IMG/VR virus record: IMGVR_UViG_3300042691_015370 | Location: 1 to 64,000 of that record | From: a virus | Length of the DNA: 64,000 nucleotides | Reading direction: 5' to 3' (one strand) | Part shown: piece after piece, positions 21,409-31,289 of the stretch | Position numbering within the stretch: the first letter of the stretch is position 1 | Layout: every line of letters starts with the position of its first letter | Translations under genes and position numbers: made by a program | The notes under the pieces: model-generated | The model's input: only the letters and a program-made list of their open reading frames with translations | Told to the model about the DNA's origin: nothing | The model's database searches: none

Positions 21409-21427
21409 CGCTCTACTAGATCTCTAT

Positions 21428-21469
21428 CGGCATGAAGGGGGCGGGCCATGGTCCGTCCCCTTTGTGTTG
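21428..21469 (+). terminator. Long hairpin after rIIB
   Basis: CGGCATGAAGGGGGCGGGC-CATG-GTCCGTCCCCTTTGTGTTG with G-U pairs. Confidence 0.65.
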
Positions 21470-21484
21470 GTTGAGGAAGTTGGC

Positions 21485-21593
21485 TTGACTTTGAATCCAT
21501 CAGTTTGATAAGTTGATCGGGCTGAAGGCAAAGCAGGCCAAACGCAAACGAACAGAACACGGTTTGACAATTCGTGCAGGAATTTGATACTGT
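21485..21593 (+). promoter_or_regulatory. Two tandem sigma70/SigA-like promoters
   Basis: TTGACT-N18-TAAGTT (21485-21514) and TTGACA-N18-TACTGT (21564-21593); both spacers end in TTTGA, giving an extended -10 TG. Confidence 0.65.
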
Positions 21594-21665
21594 CTCTGTT
21601 CAAGTCAAATCCCGGCAACGGGACCAAACAGTAACAACAACAAACAAGAAGGAAAACACAACAAC

Positions 21666-22022
21666 ATGGCTACTACCAAGGCTACGGCCACCAAGGCTGA
21701 TACCCCGCAGTTTGAGATTCTCACCGAGGCTCCCCAGTTCCGTTCTGGCAAGGAGAAGTCGGCGCTACGTCTGGCGATGGAGAATCTTGAGGTGGGTCAG
21801 TCGATGACCACCGGCGTCATCGTGTCCGGTGAGACTCCTGCCACGCAGGAGGACAAGAATGCCATCGCTTCAGTGCGTCAGAAGGCGATTGAGATCAACA
21901 AGGCCCGCAACATGAAGGGTCTGTTCTCGGTCAAGGTTGACGTGCAGAACCGGGTCATCGTGAGCCGCAACGAGGGGCGTGCTGCCGACGCTCCCGGCAC
22001 GGCTGACGACAGCGATGTCTGA
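21666..22022 (+). CDS. Hypothetical protein, likely highly expressed
   Basis: Strong codon bias; A/C-rich leader; AAGGA RBS. Confidence 0.8.
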   Translation: MATTKATATKADTPQFEILTEAPQFRSGKEKSALRLAMENLEVGQSMTTGVIVSGETPATQEDKNAIASVRQKAIEINKARNMKGLFSVKVDVQNRVIVSRNEGRAADAPGTADDSDV

Positions 22023-22148
22023 CTACTACGTCAATCATCCTCTACACATCATCCTCTGCCTTCTCACGGGCGGGCTGTGGCTGATCGTGTACATCCCGCT
22101 TCTTCTGAAGCAGGGCGAGGTGCGTAAGCAGCGTCGGTGAACTAACTG

Positions 22149-22206
22149 ACGGAAGTGGTCCGGGTGTGCTATTATCTCAATAGTGCGCCCGGACCTCTCC
22201 GTTTCT
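22149..22206 (+). terminator. Intrinsic terminator-like hairpin
   Basis: GGTCCGGGTGTGCTATT-ATCTC-AATAGTGCGCCCGGACC with an outer ACGGA/TCCGT pair and a T-rich tail. Confidence 0.7.
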
Positions 22207-22721
22207 GAGGACAAATGAACCGCACCATCAGCGCAATTATCGACATCGGGCCGGTTGACGACCCGCTTTCCAGAGATCATGCCCTAATGTTTGTCCACGA
22301 CTACATTCAGCGCATGATCCCCTCAAACCATGAGTTTGAGTATGATTTCCTTGATCTCGGCATTCAGGATGGCATCAATGGTGAGACTCAAGTGATGTTT
22401 TCGGCAGACGTACAGATTTGGAGTAACGATGACAGAAGAGGGGAAAATTGAACTCAGTAATCCACTTGCGAGCTATTTCGTAGAGGGCGAAGACGAAGAT
22501 CCCAATACGTATACGGCTATTATTGATCTATACGGCGAAACGGGTGAACGAGTAAGGTTGCTCTATGGTTCCTCTATTGAGGTTGACTCCTTTGCAGAGA
22601 TGCTTGTACGTGCTGGTGCTGATCTTGAGTACGCTGAAGATTATGGCATCAAGGCACTGGCTGATAAGGTCGGTCACGCCGACGAGGATGCCGAGCTAAC
22701 TATTCCAGATGAGTTTCTTGA

Positions 22722-23117
22722 GTGATGATTGAGATCTTTTCTATCGCAGGCACGAATGTGTCCAAAATCAGAGGTGGCACTGTGTTGTTTGATTGCAGCG
22801 AGTTGCCCGAACTACCACCATTGTCTGCTCTGCGACAGGAACACGGCAATCATGAGCTACTCGTCAGGCATTACTCTAGGATGCCCGCTGGCAGAAACCT
22901 GATTTATCAGAGTGTTGGACGCATCGTAGATGAGAAGATACGTTTTGCTGCGTTTGTCAGCGAGCATGGACAGTATCGCAGTCCAGCGATTGCTACCGCA
23001 GTTGGACAAGAGTTGTGTGACCGTGGGTGCAGGATCTACCTGACTCACGTCAACGTGAATGTACCCTCAGAAGAGCTTGTCCCAATCAGAAGAACTTGGG
23101 GAGAATATGAGTCTTGA
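22722..23117 (+). CDS. Stand-alone RapZ C-terminal-domain-like protein
   Basis: FDC..LP......LR...G...V and F.S..G.YRS.AIA..V...L...G.....H align with the RapZ-C pattern FDVR.LPNP...LR..G...V and GCTGGxHRSV..AE.L...H. Confidence 0.55.
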   Translation: MMIEIFSIAGTNVSKIRGGTVLFDCSELPELPPLSALRQEHGNHELLVRHYSRMPAGRNLIYQSVGRIVDEKIRFAAFVSEHGQYRSPAIATAVGQELCDRGCRIYLTHVNVNVPSEELVPIRRTWGEYES

Positions 23118-23332
23118 GGATAATGTTATGAAGGCAGTTGATGCCGCTAGAGATTCAGCTATCTCAGCAATTGGTGCATCTGACAGGCTTTGGGAAGAGT
23201 TTCTGGACAGCACCAACACAGATCCAGACAATCCAGACGCTGAATCACTGTTTGGTTCATGGCTCGACTTCCAGAAAGATTTGGCCGCAGAGTATAGAGC
23301 AGAGCAGGTTGCATGGGAGGAAGAAAGAGGAT

Positions 23333-24283
23333 ATGACTACTAAATCACTGTTTGACCAGTATTCTCAGCATCTCAAGGATGCTGAGATCCCCGCACTTGG
23401 ATATCTGGCGTGGTATCATGTGCCAGATTCGTCTCAGATCGTCCACAAGGACTTCCTGAAGCTCGTAGAGACATCCGACGCACCTATCAAGACCCCTAAC
23501 GTTCCGAAGGCAGCAGACGTGTTCAGGCGTGCCTGTAACAACGCTAAGATGCTCAAGGTTCGTTCGGATCACAACACCTACTACAACTACACCATGCGTG
23601 ACGCTGGCTATGATGAGGGTTTTGTGTTCCGGCGCATGGTTGAAGAGGAACTCGACAACAAGAACCACAAGCTTGGTTTCCGTGTGCTCGGATTGGTAAC
23701 CTTTGCCAAGAAGGGTGTTTCAGCGGCATACAGTCGAGAGATTGATGCAGATGATCCCGCTGTTGCGTATTGGGATGCTATGAAGGGCAAGGTGGATGAG
23801 TTTCTCTCCACCAAGATGCTTCATCTGCCAGCTATCGCTGTTCGTGAAGCAACTCGCAAGGGTCTGGAGATTCATCTTCTCGGCACCCGTGTGCGGCCCT
23901 CTGGTGGCGTCTACTTTGTCGGCATGGACAAGGGCGACAAGCTTGAGGCTCTTGACTACGTGATCAACCATGTGCCAGAATCCTCTTTCCACATTCTGCC
24001 CCTCGTTGACGATGCTCGTCAGCGTGAGATGCTGAAGCAAGCGTTTGAGGATGAGTCCATCGAAGAGACGACTCGTATGGTTGGTGAGATCACCGATCTA
24101 CTCAAAAGCGACAGCAACATCCCCGCCCCGACATTCCTCGCCTATCAAGAGCGTTACAACTTCCAGAAGCGTAAGCTCAAGGAATACTCAAATCTACTGA
24201 GTGATGCGCTGGACCGTTCACAGAACGCTCTCGACATTTGTAACAAGCAGATTGTTGCACTACTCGACAAGGCATCAGATTGA
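23333..24283 (+). CDS. DUF6744/DUF3150-like protein
   Basis: LG.L.WY, P...DVFRRAC and R.SGGVYFV motifs; helical C-terminus; AGAGG RBS at 23326. Confidence 0.6.
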   Translation: MTTKSLFDQYSQHLKDAEIPALGYLAWYHVPDSSQIVHKDFLKLVETSDAPIKTPNVPKAADVFRRACNNAKMLKVRSDHNTYYNYTMRDAGYDEGFVFRRMVEEELDNKNHKLGFRVLGLVTFAKKGVSAAYSREIDADDPAVAYWDAMKGKVDEFLSTKMLHLPAIAVREATRKGLEIHLLGTRVRPSGGVYFVGMDKGDKLEALDYVINHVPESSFHILPLVDDARQREMLKQAFEDESIEETTRMVGEITDLLKSDSNIPAPTFLAYQERYNFQKRKLKEYSNLLSDALDRSQNALDICNKQIVALLDKASD

Positions 24284-25544
24284 GTCCTGAAGACGAAACG
24301 CTATTTATCTTGCTTATGGGTTTCGTGATGTGCGAAGATCCAATTATCAAGAGAGACGATTATCCAGTTCTACATGCACTAATGGATCGCATGGCAATTG
24401 CCTATGGCTACATTGACTGGATTGACGCATATCACGCATTGCGGTTTGGGAAGAATGTGTCTATCAGCTTAGAGATGATTGAGAGATGACAAGATACGTC
24501 AAGAATTACTACGACGAAGACGGTGAGTTTATACGCCGTATACTGTTTGACGACTCTGTTGTGCGAGCGAGTGGCAGATTGCCCGGATCGGGTTCCAATG
24601 CCCCCGAGTTTCCTGTTAATATTCGCAAAGCTCTCAGAATGAATAACGTCAAGTCAGTAGAGGTCCATCTTCAGGATGGAACAAGTTACGAAATTACGGT
24701 AATATCATGAAGTACCTGCCGATTGAGGATTGCTACGTCGGTTACGTGTACAGGGTATATGCTCGTAATTTCTCATATGCGATCTACACCGGAAATGGCT
24801 TTATCGGCGTAAGAGAGAAATTCGGCAGAGAGTTCCTTTTTACCGAATACCACGTTGACACTGATCCCAACTTCGGTACAGTAAGACCAGTTGGGGCGAT
24901 TCTTGGCGCTAAGGCCCCGTTTATTGAGGAAGAGTTGACGATGGACAACGAGCGCTTGCTGTCATACATGCAAATTGTAGAAAAGCAAGAATGCGAAAAA
25001 TAAATCCTCAAATTGCCCCCAAAATAATTTCACGATGACCGTTTTTCTATAGGAGCAAAAAATGTCCAAGACTGTGAAAGCAACGAAGTTTAACAGCAAG
25101 GGTCAAGACATTGGTAACATGCTGATCAACATCAATGAGATCGGTCCTGTCACCTACCTGACCATTGAACGAGCCTCTGGTGAGGGAAACTCAACCAAGC
25201 TTTGTGTCCGCACAGAGGATCTGCGCTCTGTATTTGCTGAAGTAGAGCAAACAGTTACAGAGCAACCAATGAGTGAAATAGAGCGTAAGCTTCTGGACAT
25301 TGAGAACAATATCCTTGAAGCACAGGCTCTTGACAATAGGTACCAGCAGGCAAGGTTCCTGATGGAGACGTTCCATAAGTACCGTAACATCAGGAATGAC
25401 TACAAGAATGGTCATTGTGTTCTGTCTGATGATGAGGTTGAACGACTCAAGCAGGCTGGCACAGGGATGTTAAAGATGCTTGACGTGATTGACGCCGATC
25501 AAATTGTCGAAGATGATTTGACGAGCATAAACCAGAGCGGCTAA
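24280..25544 (+). other. Hypothetical genes 24280-24489, 24486-24710, 24707-25003, 25062-25544
   Basis: Tiled ORFs. Confidence 0.65.
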
Positions 25545-25591
25545 ACTTTCTCGCAAGAAAGCAATACCCCTAACCCAAGGAAGAAACATAC

Positions 25592-26482
25592 ATGGCAGAT
25601 GCATCTGCACTTAGACCACAAGATTGGGATGACTATATCGGGCAGGAGACACTCAAGAAGCGTCTGAAGATTTCTATCAACGGTGCGCTCAGTCGTCAGA
25701 CGTACCTAGATCCAGTGCTACTTGTTGCACCACCCGGATACGGCAAGACATCCCTTGCCAAGCTCATTGCAGACGAACTCATGGAAGACTTCCATGCGTA
25801 TGTCATGCCACTCAAGCCCAAGGCTTTGCAGAAGGCAATTCTGGAGAACAAGGGAGTCATCTTCTTGGACGAGCTTCATCGTCTACCGAAGAAGGATCAG
25901 GAGATCCTCCTGTACCCGCTTGAGGACAAAGAGATCCACTTCGATGACGGCAAGGTCTTCAAGCTAGAAGAGCCACCCACATTCGTTGGTGCTACTACTG
26001 AGCTACGTGATCTCATTGAGCCGCTACGTGATCGTTTTACTCACAAGCCAAAGTTTGATCTGTACACAGATCAGGAGATGGCCCGTATCGTAAGGCAGAT
26101 GGCTCGTGGCGTTGGTATCAGGAACCTGTCCGACGAAGACGCTCTAGCTCTCGGCAAGGCATCGGCTGGCGTACCTCGTCAGGCTAGGACGCTGGTGCAG
26201 ATGGCTCGTGACCTAGGTACCACCAATCCCAACCGTGTACTCAGCGCTGCTGGTATCACACCGGATGGTTTGACTGAGGATCACGTAGACTACGTGCTAG
26301 CTCTGGACAAGCTCGGACACATCGCTGGTGTTGACGTTCTTGCTAACTACACTGGTCAGCCCAAGGATGTCATCGTGAAGCTGGAGAAGCTCTTGCTTCG
26401 CAAGGGCATGATCGACTACTCTCAGAAGGGTCGAGTTCTCACCACCAAGGGCTACAAGATTGCCAAGTCCATTGATCAGTAA
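25592..26482 (+). CDS. ruvB: RuvB-like Holliday-junction branch-migration ATPase
   Basis: LRP....YIGQ, PPGYGKT, FLDELHRL, GATT, PLRDRF, GVPR, and a C-terminal winged helix ending KGRVLT. Confidence 0.88.
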   Translation: MADASALRPQDWDDYIGQETLKKRLKISINGALSRQTYLDPVLLVAPPGYGKTSLAKLIADELMEDFHAYVMPLKPKALQKAILENKGVIFLDELHRLPKKDQEILLYPLEDKEIHFDDGKVFKLEEPPTFVGATTELRDLIEPLRDRFTHKPKFDLYTDQEMARIVRQMARGVGIRNLSDEDALALGKASAGVPRQARTLVQMARDLGTTNPNRVLSAAGITPDGLTEDHVDYVLALDKLGHIAGVDVLANYTGQPKDVIVKLEKLLLRKGMIDYSQKGRVLTTKGYKIAKSIDQ

Positions 26483-26763
26483 TGAAGAAGAGCTATGAAG
26501 TTATCGGAAAGAGGACAAGGCGTAGGTTAAAGGCGTTACAAAAGAGAGATGGTTTGCGTTGCTATATCTGTAACAAGATACTGCAAGACGTCAACACACT
26601 CTACACAAGACCTATACCAACACCCAAAGATTTCCCCACAATAGAACACATCATCCCTCGCTCTCGTGGCGGGCCGAGGTGTTCAATACATAACCAAAAG
26701 ATCGCCTGCTCATCATGTAATAACGAGAAGGCAGACTCTTTACCAGAAGAAAGAAGGAAGTAA
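26482..26763 (+). CDS. HNH endonuclease
   Basis: RDG..CYIC, TIEHIIPRSRGG, N...AC..CNNEK. Confidence 0.88.
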   Translation: MKKSYEVIGKRTRRRLKALQKRDGLRCYICNKILQDVNTLYTRPIPTPKDFPTIEHIIPRSRGGPRCSIHNQKIACSSCNNEKADSLPEERRK

Positions 26764-26765
26764 GT

Positions 26766-27560
26766 ATGGCACGACGTGCATATGTTGGCGACTTTACATT
26801 TCGCCTAGGCCCAATCACTACTCGTGGTAAGCTGATGTCTATCCGCAAGGATACCGAGACAAAGCTGCACCTCATGACTCCCGAGGGTCTGCCGGTGAAC
26901 ATCGTCTACCGGGACGCCAACGAGAAGATCTGGACCAAGCCCGAGCTTGGTCGAGGCAAGGAAGATGAAGACGGTAACCTTATCCCCGTAGATTTGACGG
27001 CGGTCGAGGAAGCCAAGAAGTCAGCGCTCGTGGCTAACGTCATTGATCTGAACGTTCATCCTCGTGAGGATGTTGATGACTTCTTGTTCCCCGACAAGTC
27101 CAACGCCTACGTGTTCCTGCCAGTTATCCGTAACTCGTCCAACAAGGTCATTGATGACCCGGTGAATGACAAGTGGTATGAGGTTCTCAACAACCTCGTG
27201 CGTGATCCTAAGCTTGCTTTTATCGGTCGCTGCAACCTGAGCGGTCACGAGGGCATGTTCCGACTGTCCATCTACCGTGGTCACGTTGTACTTCAGAAGC
27301 AGTTGTTTCCTGAGGAAGTGAACGAGTTCGAAGTCATCAGTCCCAAGATTTCTCGGGTCGAGAAGGCTAAGGTCGCTAAGCTGGCCGAGGCTCTCGTCAA
27401 GCCCTTCAATCCTGAGGACTACCCGAACGAGATCACCCAGCGTGTTGCCGAGGCAACGTCCGCTGACTTTGATCCCGCCAAGCTCAAGGCACGCATTGAC
27501 GCCGACCGTGAGGTTGATGTAACCTCCGCTCTCGACGCTGCGCTGGCCGAGTTTGTGTAA
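26766..27560 (+). CDS. ku: Ku-like DNA end-binding protein
   Basis: Colinear with bacterial Ku: RAYVG.FTF.L, ELGRG.E, Y.F.P, Y..L, AFIGR..L.G.E, VLQKQLFPEEV, FNPEDY.NE. Confidence 0.8.
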   Translation: MARRAYVGDFTFRLGPITTRGKLMSIRKDTETKLHLMTPEGLPVNIVYRDANEKIWTKPELGRGKEDEDGNLIPVDLTAVEEAKKSALVANVIDLNVHPREDVDDFLFPDKSNAYVFLPVIRNSSNKVIDDPVNDKWYEVLNNLVRDPKLAFIGRCNLSGHEGMFRLSIYRGHVVLQKQLFPEEVNEFEVISPKISRVEKAKVAKLAEALVKPFNPEDYPNEITQRVAEATSADFDPAKLKARIDADREVDVTSALDAALAEFV

Positions 27561-27566
27561 TTGATC

Positions 27567-27644
27567 TGTGGTGGAGGTGTACTATGGCCGTAAGGCATAG
27601 TGCGCCGTAATAGGTTGGGCGGCGTGTAGGGCACCTCCACCACA
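27567..27644 (+). other. Three-way-junction RNA structure downstream of ku
   Basis: 13-bp outer stem TGTGGTGGAGGTG/CACCTCCACCACA enclosing a GCC-GTAA-GGC hairpin and a CGCCG/CGGCG hairpin. Confidence 0.55.
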
Positions 27645-27655
27645 CTCACTTTATT

Positions 27656-27991
27656 ATGATTACACCAAGAGCGCACAACACTGCTGGCAGACAGTCAGGC
27701 AGCGATGGCGGGCTAGGTCACGTCTACACCGTCTATGACGGTGCCCAAGGCATTCATTCACACTGCCCTCCGTGGATGGACTACGCAGCATGTGGCGACA
27801 CTGACGTGGACATGACCAAAGATCCGCCGAACGCTCAACAGCGAGCCGTCTGCGAGTCCTGTCCTGTGCTAGAGTCCTGCCGAGCAGAACTCTTCAGAGA
27901 TCTACCCAAACACATTGTTGGAACGTGGGCTGGCATTGCTAGCAATGAGTGGGTAACAATACGCAAGCAATACATCAGCGATGTAGCCTGA
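27656..27991 (+). CDS. whiB: WhiB-family transcription factor
   Basis: W...AAC...C-x2-C-PV-x3-C and GTWAG turn; true start uncertain. Confidence 0.8.
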   Translation: MITPRAHNTAGRQSGSDGGLGHVYTVYDGAQGIHSHCPPWMDYAACGDTDVDMTKDPPNAQQRAVCESCPVLESCRAELFRDLPKHIVGTWAGIASNEWVTIRKQYISDVA

Positions 27992-28227
27992 GGGAGTGAT
28001 ATGGGTATCGGTGGACACATGCTTGGCGCAAAAAAGCTGAAGCAACTTTCAACCCGTAGCACCTTACCACTTAACCGTGCATGCCATCGCAACGGATATT
28101 GCGAAGGCGTGGTATGGACAGAAGAAAGTTGCATACATTATTCGATTGATTTCAAAACCGGAGAGCATGTCATCATTGAGAATCCAATGCACTGGTACAC
28201 ATGCCACCCCAAAAATAGGAGTGTTTA

Positions 28228-28803
28228 ATGACAAACCCATATGATTTGCCCGGTAAGTGGTACGTACTGAACACCAAGGCAAACCACGAGAACAAGGTGA
28301 AGCAAGCCATTGAGACTCGTGCAAAGTCCATGATGGTTGATGATCGTATCTATGATATCCACATCCCGGTACATGACGTAACTGAGATCAAGAAGGGCAA
28401 GAAGCAGACCGTTGAGAAGAAGACTTTTCCGGGTTACTTGCTTGTCCGATGCGACCTAAACGATGAGTGCTACGGCGTACTGCGACATACTCCCGGCGTC
28501 ACAGGCTTCCTAGGTGGTAGCGATGTGCGTTCGGATCGTGTTGAGGATAAGGCTACTCCACTTACTCGACGTGAGGTAGAGCGCTTCGTGGTCTTCGACA
28601 AGGATGATGTAGACATTGCTGCCCCAGCAGTGATCGACTTTGAGCTTGACGAACTAGTGACCATCAACGAGGGTCCGTTCTCAGGCTTCAATGGTCAGGT
28701 GATTGACATCAATGCTGATCAGTTGACGCTCAAGGTGCTGGTCAATATCTTCGGTCGTGAGACTCCTGTTGAGATTGGATTTGGCAAGGTCACAAAGACA
28801 TGA
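28228..28803 (+). CDS. nusG: Transcription elongation factor NusG
   Basis: WYV....HE.KVK, FPGYLLV, RHTPGVTGFLG, KOW motif GPFSGFNG, KVLVNIFGRETPVE. Confidence 0.95.
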   Translation: MTNPYDLPGKWYVLNTKANHENKVKQAIETRAKSMMVDDRIYDIHIPVHDVTEIKKGKKQTVEKKTFPGYLLVRCDLNDECYGVLRHTPGVTGFLGGSDVRSDRVEDKATPLTRREVERFVVFDKDDVDIAAPAVIDFELDELVTINEGPFSGFNGQVIDINADQLTLKVLVNIFGRETPVEIGFGKVTKT

Positions 28804-30192
28804 GCCACTACGAGATCCGTCAGTTCACCTTTGAACACAAGGGTGGCGTCTACGAAAACGTCAAGATAGGTGCTGGGCGACGTGTGACCAAGAGAATTGT
28901 CCCACCCGCTGGCGAAGCCTATGCATTCAAGGTGGACACTTGGGACACAATGGTTGAGATCACCGTGTCACCGACTGGCAGATCCGTGCAAGTGTTTGTG
29001 AATGGCAAGAAGGTAGCATGAAGCCAGTTACGACCAACCGCAGAGCAACCGGACTCATCGAAGCTATCTGTGAACATGGTGTTGGACACCCTGTGTACGG
29101 ATCAGTGGATTGGCTCATCAAGGTGTCGGGTGATGACACTTTTGGAATACATGCGTGTGATGGATGCTGCAAAGATAACGAGTGGCAAATTGATACACTA
29201 AAGGCAAGTGTCAGAAGAGCCAACGAAATTATCTACCAACAAAAAGAAACGTTGATGCGTGTGAAGACGATGAAGGAGTTCTTTGATGACAGACCCAATG
29301 GATGATCTAGTACGACTGCGAGACGCTATTGATCGTCTTGCTAAGGATCTACACCTGAAGCGTGAGTCTTGGGGTGTGGTTCCAGCAGAGAAAGACTCGC
29401 CCGATCATGTCGTGGTCACCTTTAGTATTGACCCTGACATCGTTTTGTCAGAGCGTGAGCGTGAGCAGAAGAAGTTCGACGCAGCGTTTGAGCAGATTGT
29501 CACAGGTCCAGTTGAGGACCCCACGATGAAAGCGCTCCGAGAAAAAGCTAACAAGATGTGGGAAGAAGATGAAGACAATTGGGATGACCTATGAGTGATG
29601 TGCAGGAAATGGTAGATACTTCGAACTCATTACTGGATCAATGGTTTCATATGCGTGCAACCATGCCAGTCGATGTGTTCAACCTCTACCTTGCTCTGTC
29701 GCTAAGTAAGATGAGCACCTTGGATGCCAAGGCAGCACTAGCAACTCTTGTCGTTCGGGCCACTGACATGCAGCCGATAGAGACGAATGATACGAGCACA
29801 ACAAACTGAAACAAAGTGCCCAGATTGTGAGGGTGGACGCAACAGCCCACGCTTACTTCAGGGCCGGAACGGACCGGACTATTGCCATAACCCGTTCCAC
29901 TATGGAGATGATGATGGTAGAAACTAAGCGTTGCGGTAAGTGCGATGAGATCAGACCCTTGGAGGATTTCCGCAAGGACTACAGAGCCAAGGACAGAGAT
30001 CCCGAAAAGCGTAGAAGTCAGTGCAGGGGATGCGAAGCCCGCTACCGTAAGCTGAAGCGTGATCAGGAGAATGCAAAGAAGGAGCTTGCCAAGAAGGAGT
30101 TCACCCCGCAAGCACCTATCCTTGGCATCAAGGTACCGATGAGTGAGCTTGAGTATCAGCGTCGTCTACGAGCAGCCGAGAACATGAGATGA
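28800..30192 (+). other. Hypothetical genes 28800-29021, 29018-29305, ~29298-29594, 29591-29809, 29787-29927 (CPDC...CHNPFH), ~29914-30192 (CxxC...CxxC Zn finger)
   Basis: Tiled ORFs; Cys motifs. Confidence 0.65.
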
Positions 30193-30977
30193 TTGACGTT
30201 CAGCGTCCAACAGAGATTCGTGAGAGTGAACTCCAAGCCTATCTACATAATGATACTTTTGCTCTCTCGCAGAAGATGGATGGGCACAGAATGATTGTCA
30301 AAACTGGCCCAATTAGGTGTTACACACGACAAGGTTTGGAGCGAGATGTTCCAGCCTCCGTCGCCTCCGCTCTGGCCGGAATCGACACCGAGTGGATCTT
30401 CGACGGCGAAATCCTTGACAACACTTACCACTGTTTCGATATACTCAAGACTTCCAAGGGCGACATCCGAAAGTGGGACTGGAGCCAGCGACAAGCGATT
30501 CTTCAAGCCGCCCTTTCGAAGCGTGAAGGTATCTATGTGGTACAGCAAGTGTACGGTACGCAAGACAAGACAGCATTCTTTGAGAAGTGCGTGAACGCAT
30601 CTGTCGAGGGGGTTGTGTTCGTCAAGATGGACTCACCTTACCGAGATGGCAAGGGACGTAACAGTCTGAAGTACAAGCTTGTCAAGGATGTTGATTGCGT
30701 AGTCACGGACAGGGGGATTGACGGCAAGGACAATCTGGAACTATCAGTGTTCAGGGATGGTCAACCCTTTGTTGTCGGCAAGGTATCTGCACTCACCGGA
30801 GATGGCCCCAAGGTCAATGTCGGTGATGTGGTAACAGTCAGTGCCCTGTACGCAACACCTACAGGGAAGCTATATCTTCCAGTGAAACCAAAGATCAGAA
30901 CCGACAAGTCTCCACACGAGTGTGACTATGCACAAATCGAAGTCATACAAACCAACAAGACAATCATCGAACCGTAA
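30189..30977 (+). CDS. Minimal ATP-dependent DNA ligase (NTase + OB)
   Basis: Motif I KMDG.R, III FDGE, IIIa FDIL, IV EGVV.VK, V KYK, then an OB fold ending P....IRTDK...EC. Confidence 0.88.
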   Translation: MIDVQRPTEIRESELQAYLHNDTFALSQKMDGHRMIVKTGPIRCYTRQGLERDVPASVASALAGIDTEWIFDGEILDNTYHCFDILKTSKGDIRKWDWSQRQAILQAALSKREGIYVVQQVYGTQDKTAFFEKCVNASVEGVVFVKMDSPYRDGKGRNSLKYKLVKDVDCVVTDRGIDGKDNLELSVFRDGQPFVVGKVSALTGDGPKVNVGDVVTVSALYATPTGKLYLPVKPKIRTDKSPHECDYAQIEVIQTNKTIIEP

Positions 30978-31289
30978 GTACGAACGTAAGTTACAAGAGA
31001 GGCGTAGAATGGATCAGGAATCATCGCAAGATGAGAAGCAGAAGCTTATCAAAGAGGTTGAGAAGCTGCGTCAGGAACTAGAGCACGAGATTGTTCTTGA
31101 AAGTTGGGACGACTGCAACGAGATCGTAGGCGCACTTGAAGCCTTCGGAATCCAGTCAGTGATCTGCAAGACCAAGGTGCCAAGCACACAGATTGACAAG
31201 GACTTTGATATCCTACCTGCTGTTGCTGTACCATCTACATTCTTTGACGATTACAAGAAACTACTCACCAAGCTTATCTAAGGAGACAA

